Below are positions 1-12,300 of a stretch of 64,000 bases of DNA, one piece after another; position 1 is the stretch's first letter, and each line of letters begins with the position of its first letter. Location: the NCBI RefSeq assembly GCF_964204645.1, contig NC_134025.1, forward strand, positions 5,456,001 to 5,520,000, given 5' to 3'. The notes under the pieces are model-generated. The model ran no database searches. It saw only the letters and a list, made by a program, of their open reading frames with translations, and had not been told where the DNA came from. The translations under genes and the position numbers were made by a program. Source of the DNA: Tubulanus polymorphus. Its lineage: Eukaryota > Animalia > Nemertea.

Positions 1-3000
1 GTAGTAGCATATATACGTGAGAAGTAAACATCTGAGTAGTCCTTCGAAGCCGGGGCTTATTATTTAATTTCCTCTCTACCGCTTGTCATACTATCGTTTT
101 CTTAATTATCGCCCCGACCCTGGCCATTGTACGATATGAAAAATTTACAATATCGCTTGTTTGCCAAGTCGGTGTGTGTGTATGAGTGTGGATGGATGCG
201 AATGTGAAATGCTAGGGTATTTGTACAGGGTCTGATCAATTCCAGTCGGTATTGTCTCAGCGTGTTTGCATTAATTTGTCCAGTACTGCGTATGAAACTG
301 GGATTAAACAGACCCTACCAATACTGTAAATAGATTGCGCAAATATTATCTAGATCCATATGACAAGCTTATCAGTAAGCTTCAGCAACTGTCAATATGT
401 TGCTTCAGACTTGATTGGTTGCTTCTTGAAGGCAGTGGTGAAACTCTAAATATGCAGGTCTTTTACATCCAGTTCCTGATTTTTCCTTATCCCATGGCTT
501 GTCACCTTGCGACCATCTTATTTGCATCCTAAAGAGCAGATGATTTTGCTGGGGTCAAACTGGGAAGGACCAGACCAGAATCAAAATCGGCCCGTGCCTA
601 ATTAGAAGGCATATTCTCACATAAATCATTCGCTTGTTACTAAAATGCTATCAAAATGAAGCAGTGGCAAGCAAGGTGAGTCAGTTCCAGAACAAATGAG
701 CCTGGTGGCTGGGCCAAATTTTAATCAGGCATGGATGTAATCGGCACCAGTGGGATCAGTCGGCCTAAACTATCCTATAACACCAGGGCCTGACAGCTTA
801 CAACTTCATTGTGAGCAGCTACTTATCAGGTTGTATGGGTTCCTTTATTCTAGGTTAAAACATCACTTTTTGACTACTGAAAATGATATGCAGGTCATAC
901 TCTGCTTTTTGATGAAAAAGCAATTATGGAGAAATCGGAAAAATCATAATTCTTAAACTGTCAATTGACTTGATTGTTATGGTCTTATCATCTAATGCTA
1001 GCACTGTAAATAATGCCGAATTTGTCTGGCAAATACGAATTGTTGGTATATAAATAATGTTACAAGTTGTCATCAAGCAAAATCCTTCTGGCTATCTAAT
1101 ATTAACTTTCTAAACAAGATACTTGATTACAGTGGCCACATAAATCTAAATGCTATCAAATTAGGAGCATTTTGTACACAAAGTCTGTTTGGAATTTTAT
1201 TTAACATCTACTCAATAGTAATAATTGCTGATGTTTTCGCCTGATAAAATTCAATTTTGCCTGGCAAAGATTCGCAAACAAGTTATTAAGTTGAGGATAC
1301 ACATTGTAGTCAAACAGCGGTATTTGATGCAGTCAAATAGATTTGTGTAAAATATCTGTGTGATGTGAAAACAATACACAGACTGTGTCCCTACGACTAA
1401 TTCAAATTTATTCTCTCCGCAAGATTAAATTTACCATCACTACCAACCCGCTATATATAATAACAGTAGGTCTATGAGGTACCCCTTCCATTAATTGAGC
1501 AAATGTGATAGAGTCAGCCGGACTTTCCGACTGGATTTTGTGACCGATTATGGGAACTGATTCAAAATGATGGATAAATAGATTTCGCACTTTAGGAATT
1601 GAATCATGGCGTCAGGAATGAAATAGTGAGTGTAATATCTTCACTCCTATCAGCGCGCCCTCATAAGTTGGATTTATTGGAAGGAGTTTAAAAATCTTAG
1701 TCATTCTAGTGTATGACTAAGAATTTTTCACCGCGATATATCATGTGAATAAATTTGTGTCGCAGAACAATATGAATCCGAATCGTGGATGCAAAAAAAC
1801 ATTTATTGTATTCCAATATCACCATAGGCGGCAAAGGAGCTATTTTGTGTAATCGCGTTCGGCGAAGAATTTCGGCAGCAATTCAAAGACGAAATATTCT
1901 TATGCTTCACTGAAAAGCGCATTGTTACGATTTTAAGCATTCGCAACGGCAAAGACTTTAAAAGAGCAGTCTATTATCGGGCTCGCGTTTTAAGGGGTTA
2001 GTGGGTCCATTTCTTCAGCGTTTTCTATTAGTTAGACAATCGGGCATAATAGGATCTCCTCACTGTAAACAGGTTTTAATGCACGGCATTCATTAGATCC
2101 ATAATCTCTTACTCGTTTATATGACAATAACCCGTCAATTATTGAATGGACGTCCGCTGTTTTAGCGGGCCACCGACGATTCCCATGCAACAGTTCTTCG
2201 CCTAATGATTTGCTACAATGACTTTGTTTTGTCCGGCTGGAAGATTGACATTTCTGCGTTCGCACAAGTGAAGAACGTTTAAGATAGATCGTATGATACT
2301 CATTCATCGAGCACGTTCTCAGCGGGCTGGGCTGAACCTTGTTTTCGAGCGCTTATCTTCATGGGCACTCATTGAACTTGGGACTTGCACCTTGTGCCCT
2401 CTTGTACTCCAGGCCAGATAATTAGGCCTTTCTTATCATATTTGGCATTTCACCAAAATAAGCAATCCTTCGCTTCTCTGTGGCACGTACATTTTCGTAT
2501 TTTCCACAAGAAGTGTCGATGAAATAATATTGTTTTTCCAACTTTTCATCGGAGCATTATGACATCAATTGAAAAGAATGATGAAGTTTTTGCGTCACCA
2601 TTTTGTTGAGCGTATCATCAGCTGGCATTCTTCTAACGGAACATCTCTGTTATGTATGGTTTGAAGATAACGCGTTGATGAATCGGGCTTACTGCAATAC
2701 AATATTCCGTGACCGTGAGACCACGACCGCTTATTGTGCGCAACGTTTAACAGTAGGAGCCCGTGTTTTAAATGAAAAATTGCTACGACTATCATGAATT
2801 GAGTGCGCGCCGCATTCTCTCTATCAAGTGGATTCAGTTGTCACGTATTTGATGAAATTGTCATCATCAATTGAAGTAATAAAAACGTTCAGTTTTTCAT
2901 TCTATTGAATCGTTTCGATCCAGGTGGATCTGCGCGAGTCCTGTTGTAACGTTGAAACTGTTTCAGCGACACGAATAATGACGCTAGAATCCATTGTATT

Positions 3001-4758
3001 TTATGACCAGGTGCAAACAATCTATTTGTTGCACGCCAAGTGACAATAGTTCGTAATCATTATCCATTAGGTATTGGAATAATTCGTATTCTTCTGATAG
3101 ATTATACGATATGTCATGAACGCGAAATATTTCCGATAATTCGCCGATATCAGACTCAATAATGAATCCCTAACTATCTATCTTTTCCAAGAATTTTCAA
3201 CGTATCTAGAATAATGGATGACGGAATCAGAAGCATCTGTTTTTCAGGATTCAAAGATTATCATTTAATTGATAACTGAAGCTGTATCGTTCATCCGATT
3301 GCTTATCTTATTGTTGTTGAAGTAGATGATAATGGTAACGGTGATGATGAGGTTAACCCCTGTAGATCTCATCATCTTTCATCCCGGCAATCTAATTACT
3401 CGTCGCCGGTGAGCACCTCTCGTGGCGCCAAAGCGGGCACGACATCATTAATATTAATGAGTAAATCAAGGCAGGAAATCGCTGCAAATAGATGCTCTCT
3501 TAAACGACACACAGAGTACACAGGGCAACATGTTCGAGTTCTCAGCCCCTAAAATCCGCGCCATTGCCGCCATGAAGCTATGCCAATCACCGCGCGCCAA
3601 TCGTCCATTAAATCCGTACCAACGCTGTTTAATGATTCATGCCTGTGAAAATATTTACAAGCGCAAGAAATACACCAAGATCCTCTCACGGGCAGGAGAT
3701 TGCGTCGGATTCACTTTCCAAAGTTTAATCACTTTCTCACCGTTTGCCACTTCAGCGACGACTACGTAATGTTATTCACCATGAAATATTCATCTTTTCG
3801 CGTTTAAAAGAAAGCGATTAAATGAACTGAAAAAGTTCCGGTTTTTGATGTAGAAACCACTAAGAAAAAACTCATTTGCTCTATATCATTACTGGTATAT
3901 TTGGCATCGAAGTTTTTTTCAAACAACAATTATCATTATTCAAGCGCAAAAACAAAAGTTTTTTATTCATTTCGTTTTGCCTTTTTTGAATTGTAAAAAT
4001 TGCCAAATTTATTGAGATTTTCTTTATCTATTTATTCGTAGGAAACTTGGTATTGATGTGTTTGTATGGTATTTAATGGTAGTTCGTCGCTGTATTTTTT
4101 TAGTGTTGTTTGCATTCGCACAGCCATTTTTACAGCTCATTTATTTTCATTAATCAAAGCTTTTTCATATACAGTCATTTAACTCTTGTGCTTTATTGAT
4201 ATTGAGACAAATTGGTTTTTCACATAAATTCATCTGGCTCGCTGAGCAATAAGAAGGGAGTGTGCCTGGCTACATGACTTCATTGTGCCCAGGCATATAT
4301 TACTCAATTCAAGTATTATTCGCTGAGCAAAACGAGGCAAATAGCTGCAGGCTCCACAACAAGGGACACTATTTACTGTTATGCCCCTTCCTCTTTTCAA
4401 ACATTTAAATTCAAACCCTACCTTTACTTAACACCCATGATGAATATGGCTCTACTTTAGGCCATGTTGGTGGGCACTTAGTGAATATTGGCGTACAATT
4501 ATTGGTTATATAAGCTTTTGAAACTTAAAAGGGCTCTTCAGAATTAAAAGATGTTTTCCTTATGTTATCCTTCTGAGGAAATGTGTGAATTAAACCTTTC
4601 CTCATTGCTAAATAATTCCTAATCCCATTGAAACATAATCCTTTATTTAGCTATGGGGAACAATCAATGAGCAGATTAGCATTAGTTATTCTTAGAACTC
4701 AGTTACTTAGGAAGTGAAAAAATATTTAAGCGAATTTTGAAAATGTTTTTTATTTCAG

Positions 4759-4959
4759 TTTGAATAAGTCACTTTCCCAAGATGCGAATCGACGTGACCA
4801 GTACAACAACACAATCGAAGGCCTGAAAATGCGTGCTCAGAAAGAAAATAATGGCTTGTTGGCGCAACTGAAATCAGTGACCTCCGAGAAGAATGAACTG
4901 GCTGAAGATCTAGCTAAGGCACAAATGCTGAAGGAAGAGGCAGAAGCTAAAAAGGAGAA
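4759..4959 (+). CDS. MIPOL1: MIPOL1 (mirror-image polydactyly 1) orthologue, penultimate coding exon (coiled coil)
   Basis: Acceptor tttttatttcag ends 4758 and donor GTAAGT starts 4960; 201 nt, phase 2-2. Encodes LNKSLSQDANRRDQYNNTIEGL...EAKKE, similar to recalled human MIPOL1 SLHKSLSQEENLKDQFNYTL. Upstream exons appear to lie outside the window. Confidence 0.88.
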
Positions 4960-6946
4960 GTAAGTTGATATGAGTAACGAAATGGTATTCATAGTTAAAT
5001 CGAGTGAAACTGAATTTAAATGCTTCTCGGACATGAAAAAATCTGATATAAACAATAGATTGCGTTCTATTTGAACATAAGTTTTCCTACGGTAAGGTTA
5101 AGCGAGAGATAAATGTTAGTTGTTAACTTAGTTGAAACCGTGTAACTCTTATTTTGTCAGACTTGAGAGCCATTTATTAACCGTTACAGCGTTCTCTGTT
5201 CACTTGACTTCAATTTTCTTCAAATCAATTTCATTAAAAGTCCCGAGCCGAGCACTCGCGCATTTTATTAGATTTTGAGCGGAGTTCAATCGTAGGAACT
5301 GCACAATTCTCTTATCATTGTCGTGTCATTTGGTGCAAGTACACATTTGAGTTCAGGCTTTTTAGGGCTGCGCCTCTTTCCAAATTCATAGGTAAATATC
5401 GCTTTGACAGATTTGTGACAGGTGAAATGTTCGGAATCTTCAATTCTTGACGGGCCACAGATGTCACCATATTCAAACAAATCAATCATCAGGGTTGAAA
5501 GACTCAAAATTACTAATAGAAAATATGTTTGAAAAAAATCATCATTTGAATTTCTTCTAATTTAGCCATATATATTTATAGATCACATCAGGGTAATCTG
5601 AATTTTATTTTATTTGACATATTGTTTAATGCAATTGAATTTAAAGCTTTTCTGTGTGCAGTGACAATCAGTATGATCTAGGATCAGGTTTATTTGACTT
5701 TTATCGTTATTTTTCGGTCTTTAGTTATCAAATGTTTTTATTATGTATCATGTGGGTGATAAGAGATGGCTTTGTTCGACTATTTCATTTTTATGAGGAA
5801 GACTGAATTAACAGGCCGATGATGATATATATATGTATTATTGTGTTGCGGGTAGATTTATGATATTACTGTGAGGTTCATCGAGATAGCAAGTCATCTA
5901 AATGAACATAAAATGACTCAATATTAACAACCATAACAGCACCGCATAATGCATTCTTTCCTTGTTTTATGTTCATTACTGCGATAATTTGTTCGGCCGG
6001 GTTTTTGAAGACATTTATGAAATTGATCGAACGGATGAATTCTTACCAGTAATTTTCAAATTTAGATGATCGGTAATAGATTTCAATGCAATTTTTGGAA
6101 CTGCTACATGTCTACTATTCTATCCAAAAATGTCCCATTTTCCCAACTCTGTCACCAAACTGGTCCAATTATTCGCGTTGACAATAAGGCAGCGTCATCC
6201 AACTCGATCTTTCTTAAAAAGTCCCGTGAACCGGGCGTTACAGCGAGTAATGAAGTGGGGAAATTACTCAGATTCCAACAAAATTCAGGCCTTGTTACTT
6301 ATTAGATACTGCCATCGTGTTCCAGAGATAATTCTATTGTCAGGGGTAACTAGTCGCGGTTCTGCAGGGCCAGCCATCTGGCAATTGGGTTTATTCGTGT
6401 TAACAGGATAACTTCATACACGGAGCTGATGCGCTGAAACTCAATTAGTCTGGTCACCACGCTCGTTTACCTTCAGGCTTCGATTGATTCAAAATCTTGA
6501 GTGCATATTAATATCATTGAGATCAGTGGCCGTAGACCATGCACCCATCTGTATCATCGCATTCAATTGTCTCTTCAACGATGCTACTAAAGTAGTTGGG
6601 TAATAGTTGCGTTGCAATCGAATTTAGCTACTTACATAGTAACTAGCCCTAACCTCAACCACTGAGACCATCTACGCAATGAAGCCTCATAAATACACTT
6701 CTCTAAACCCAATAATCTCTCTATAACTTAATCTCCTTTATTGTCTTCGAATGTATCTTAGAATAGTTCACATTTTCTATTTAGAAATCATGAGAAATGT
6801 CTTTGGATGGTATTTGGTGGTCATTTTATTTAATGTTCAAGAGGTCTTAGTTTATGAGGTCACTAAAGAATCAGTCAGTTCTGAGAAACAGAAGATTAGT
6901 AGAACAAACACAAGAATTTTGAATGTTGAACAATGGATGGAATGCA

Positions 6947-7017
6947 TATTTGAGGAAAAGCCATGTTTTTAAAAGTACATATTATGTACTTTTTAAAACA
7001 TGGCTTTTCCTCAAATA
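6947..7017. repeat. 71-bp foldback (35-bp arms, 1 mismatch, 1-nt spacer)
   Basis: tatttgaggaaaagccatgtttttaaaagtacata-t-tatgtactttttaaaacatggcttttcctcaaata; the arms match at 34/35 positions. Confidence 0.9.
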
Positions 7018-7580
7018 AACTCGTGTTCATGGTCAAAGTTCTGTAGTGTGGTATGGTACTCAAATGAATGGTACCATTGGTTGATAGTTACTGTAAAATC
7101 AGTCATATGGGCTTTCAGACAGACTCGGTTGCTAGTCAATGACATTATGAAATAGTTATCAGTTGTCGATAAGAGAACAAGACGCAACTAAGGTGTTGCC
7201 ATCAGCAACCATAGAGTGTAGGTGATCCATTTTCAACGTTTTGACAGCTAACAAACATATTATGGGAAAACGCCTCCTGTTTTTCTGACGCTATAGGGAC
7301 CTGAAAACACTTTGATGAAAAAACGTTAAGGCCATTTTGGAAATTTGCTCGGTTAGTTGAGATGTCTGGAGGAAATCTATGGCACGTGGGGTTGTTGCTG
7401 CAATAAGTAGCATACAGCTCATAGCTATTTATGATCTAAATTGGTGAGATCTGATCATATTTAACTGTTCATATCTGTAAACTTGTCTCCGTCATCAACA
7501 CTATTTACCATGTTAAATTTACCCCGCAGTCACAGATGAAATTATATTTGGCTGTCGCGTCTTACAGCTCGAGTGTTCAA

Positions 7581-7600
7581 ACACACACACACACACACAC
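7581..7600. repeat. (AC)10 microsatellite
   Basis: Read directly from the sequence. Confidence 0.95.
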
Positions 7601-9263
7601 TCAGACTGGGATCAGAAGATGCTTGTTCTAGGTTATTACGTAGTCGCTCTGTGTGCGTCAAGGCATAGGTCAAAAATGCGGTGTTAAAATATTGACAGAG
7701 TCCCCTCAAGAAATATTGTTTAATCTAATATTTACTAATAGCTGAGTGTCATTAATTTAATATTGTACTATCAACACATTTGATTATCTAGTAGTAATAG
7801 GATCAGCCATGTTTGTAGAAGATGAACATCGCCAGCAATGTGGTTCAGGCAGTAATGTGTTTAGACTGCATATTTGCATATTGCTCGTAGATACATCATA
7901 ATGCCCCCACCAAATTTACACTGCTCTATCTAACAATATTCTAGGTGTAGCTCTCTGTATCTTGCTACAAGCGATCTTATCCAAATTTATCCCCTGCAAA
8001 TAAACCCCTTTGCATTCATCAATATCTACCAATATTTTCTACTCGTCAAAGGATCATCTGGGATTTCCCAAAATTTCTCGTATTGTTGAAAATTTTAAAA
8101 ACCCATTATTTCCTTGTCAAAACTTAAACATCTATATTTGTCGATCAATAATGGTTTACGATAGGGGTTTTAGGTATTTCCGTGTACATTAGTTTTAAAG
8201 GTCACTATTTTTTGTATCCGATTTTCACACCTCAAAATAAGACAGAATGTACTGTGGGGCGTTCTGTTTTCGCAGCTCCTGACGCAATTCATGCCAGATG
8301 GAGTGTATCCTTTTATCGTAGTTATTTTCTTGGTGGTCCTCGCTGTATTTTTCTTCCCCTCCCCGACAGTATCAAATATCGGCTTCTTCTCGAAATTAAA
8401 GTTTTATCCAAACACCGGTGTGTTTATAAGGGATACGGGTTTTAGTCGTCGGCCTTTCGCTGCCAGATTTTCCATTGTCACTCTATACGTGACCTATTCA
8501 TTTAGTAATTAATAGAATATTTGAGCAGCTTTTAGCGAAAAATGGTTCGATCTGTAACCAAGTGAAGCCCTGGCGCACATTGTCGTTTGGCTACGCTGTT
8601 TTTCTTTCGATGAATGGCATTTCGATAGTTCGATTGTCGGGGCATGCTCGGCTGTGTAGAATCTAAACAGGCTTCTGGGAATGAAGGGCTGCTAGGACTG
8701 GCAAACATAACGGTAGCCATATCAAATTTTCCGCAACTCGCCAAATGAGATAATGGCCTTATTATGCCGGTGTGTACCTTGCGATCGAATGAGCAAACAC
8801 GTTTAGTCTAGTACACTGGGGGCTTTCTGTGAAGTTCCCCCGAAATTTATGAATTATTGTCATGAGAACAATGCAGGAAATCACAACAATATTCGCACCT
8901 CCGTTCAATCATGCGTTTCTCCCACAAGACGACCGCTTTTAGCAATTGCCTGTTCTGCAATCGGGTTTTTGTTTGTCTGCGTTCAAATGAAATTGACCGT
9001 TACCGTGTAATTCGAGTCGTAATCGATTCATCACTGTATGAAATATTGGCACTTTCGGTTATTATTTATCTACCGTACGAATTGTGTTCGGTGAAATTTA
9101 GCTTCTGATTGTATTGTAACTGCCTTATTGTCTTGTTTCACCCGGTTTTAGTTTGAATGGAAATATTTCATCCGCGAGAAAAAAAAATCGTTATCACAAA
9201 CGTCACTTCCGGTATCGCCTATTGTTCCGTTCGGCTAAACCGCCATTTTTATTTTCGTTGTAG

Positions 9264-9333
9264 TTTGGAGAAGCTGGTGAAGGTGTTGAGAAGAAAACTT
9301 CACGGCATGTCGAACGTAACAGTGCTCGAATAG
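9264..9333 (+). CDS. MIPOL1: MIPOL1 orthologue, terminal coding exon
   Basis: Acceptor attttcgttgtag ends 9263. It joins the previous exon in phase (AA|T = Asn) to give N-LEKLVKVLRRKLHGMSNVTVLE-stop (TAG 9331-9333), similar to the recalled human C-terminus KLERLVDVLRKKVGTGTMRTVI. Not in the ORF track. Confidence 0.88.
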
Positions 9334-12300
9334 CGTCGGAGAAAACAATCGCAATCAGAGTTAAAGAATCTCTTGTAGTTCCAGGAAATTGCATTCCAAG
9401 TATTCTATTCTCTTTTCTCGCTCGCTTGGATGAAGCGGCGATTGAAATAAGAATGTTTTCCAAAATGAATATATTGTGCAGCATCGTTTTCCATCATTAG
9501 TTAGATATAGCTTTGCAGTGCTGTTTCGTGATGTGTAAACTATAATATTAATCGTAATAAGATTTAACACCGTCCGTATTTCTGAATGGTTTATGCATGT
9601 ACGCGAACTTTTTCGAGTGTCCTAAAAACGTGTTTATGGTTTGAATATGCTGCATTCCGAGATAAATCCATCTTATTTAAGAGTAGAATCATTTTTCACA
9701 AACATGTTATGCTAGACTAGATGAAGACAAACATTATTTGCAGAAAATGTGTTACCGTTGTCTTTATATCTATTGAACGATTTAGTCTATAAAAGATTAT
9801 ATGATTAATGTTAAATATCGAGTCTTCCTATTTATATATATACGTACGTAATGTTCATGCAATATCTTTATTCATATTATTCAGTATTTTTGTACTTAAA
9901 AAAGATTTTATCATGGGTTTTATGGTGATAGACTTTTTTTCGTTTGTATTTGTGATAATTGTGCAATATATAATGGCATAGATAAATTGTATTGGATTAA
10001 ATTGCGAACAATCGTTTTTCTGGTCAGTAGATTACTATGTTCGAACCAAATGTTTACGAAAGCTTTAAATTGTAGACCCACAGATTGCTTAACAAAAATA
10101 GTTAAAGTATTGATTGATAAGTTTGCATTTCGAAGATCTTTCTTTGTTTTCGTTGACAACCAAAGAAAGAAAGCCTACTTTGTTGTAGTGTAATGGCCTA
10201 TTTATTGGCAAATTTTCTCCCGATGCTTTTGAACTTATGACCTCATTTGATAGATTTGTATTCCAAACAGATTAGAATGTATTTTGCAAAAATCAAATCA
10301 TTTGTTATAACTTAGAGCGTATACTATGGAGACCCAAATTTTGATATGAACAGAAAACCGTCGATTAAGGTCTTCCAAACTCTGTCACTTACGCTTCCTT
10401 AGTTCATTTTTGCTGTGAATCTTCAATATGTTGACAATATTTATTATATATAATGAAGAATATTGTCTATATATATATATATACCAATGTATGAATTTTT
10501 TGTGTCATGTGTGTCCGACAGTCTAAAATAAAATCTACCAGTCTCCACAAACTAAGAATCGTTGGCTATATTTTTCTGGAAGCTTTTCTTTGTGTTAATC
10601 CTTTTCAATCAATGACACTAAGGGATATATTTATTATTAGAATAGATTTATTAGACAATAAGTACGTTGACGCTTCATGAAATAACGCTGATTCAGATTG
10701 AAACTCCGTGTTTTTCACACAAAGAACTACCTTTTCCTTCACTTGAACTGCTCGGCCTCGATATTCTTCCTGGAATGATAAAATTTTACAACACAGGTCA
10801 GAATGATAAGTCGTACTAAAAGATTCTGTTTAATGACTACGACACAAACATATTTAACAGTATTTCATCAAACGTCGGCACATTGTCTTTCAAGTGTTGG
10901 CGACCGAGGAATTTGCAAACGTTTTAATTATTGTTTCCGGGGCCCAACGAGAACATAAAAATCTAAAACGCTGATTATTCTATTACAAATATTAATTTAC
11001 TCCACGTACGGTTTTGTCGATGGAAAATCGCGCGCCGGTGTCGCGCGATTTTTCATATTAATTTAGAAATTTAAGTGTAATGTACACAACGACCATTCCA
11101 GATTCATGACTGCGCGATGTTATAACAGGCGTTTAGATCATTTGCATGTCGCCCTGTCAAAGTTAAATTTACCTAGCTTCGAGTATATTGATCTTTCATC
11201 AGGCAATCTATTGCAATATATCGGAACACATTAACGCTCGACAAAACTACAGAATTTTCGCCAAACATTTTGTAAATATTGCAATTAACTAATTTGCCGG
11301 TTTTGTTCGACGGACGGACGCAAGAGAGGATCATTGCCACGAACAATTACGGAAAATATCATTCACGCTGCTACTACAACATTTTAGCTGCATCCGATTT
11401 TCTTTGATCTCGCATTTCAGTTTGCTCAATTGCGTACGGTCAGTCGGAGTAGATGTGAATGTGGATCACATTGAAAAATGGAATTCTAATTGAATCTAAT
11501 GACGATGAATCGAAATTACTGATAATGACCCGTGACTGATTATAGACATCATGAACGGCTCCACGTTGATTTTTAATTTTTCATTAAACTTCATCATCTG
11601 CATTGTCTACCGGGTCCCAAACATAGCTACCTCCGCGTTTTTAATGAATGTACGCCGTTTAAGAGTTTATTTCACAGAGGGAAAAATAGAGCCATTCGCT
11701 CGATACCATGGAGACATAACCTGTCATATTAGAAAAAAAAATCAGAATTGACATCCGGCGACAAAATCCACTTCAAAATTCATGATGCTTATTTTGTGCA
11801 GGCGTATTGAAATCTCAGCGTTAGGTTGAGTATATTTTCGCTTTGGTTGTTTATTAAATTCGACGGCAACCTGGCGATTAAGAGCGTTATCCCAAATTAT
11901 ACAATGTTGCGATACAAAGCTTTTTCTTTTCGGGGATGATGCACCAAAAAAAGAACGCGCGTGCACGGACGTATGTCCGGACGCCGAGAGCTACAGGTGC
12001 CGGCAATCGTCCATAATTAATTACTAAATCAGCGGTGGGAAGTAGGGGGAAATTTTTACTACTTCATCATTTCATGTCAGAATGATACAACGCGTAATGC
12101 CCTGTTAGTCCATTTCACTTTGTTTTTAGCGGAGTCATTTTCACAAAGTGTCAATAGTTGATAAATGACGGATCTTTTTGTAGGTTTGTTGCAGCCACCG
12201 CCGCTTCGGCATTTTCTCACGCATCGCGCCTGATCTTTCAAACCTTTTAATTAAATCCTAATTAGGACGATTTTCTAAGAAACAGGCGCGCTAATAGTTA

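Noticed and set aside
620-681. Strong donor AAG|GTGAGT as a possible upstream MIPOL1 exon
   Set aside because: No frame resembles MIPOL1 (expected ...LRVYYS) and there is no clear acceptor.
5161-5280. Alternative MIPOL1 terminal exon after attttgtcag (K-LESHLL...)
   Set aside because: Phase-compatible but without similarity to the MIPOL1 C-terminus; the exon at 9264 matches well.
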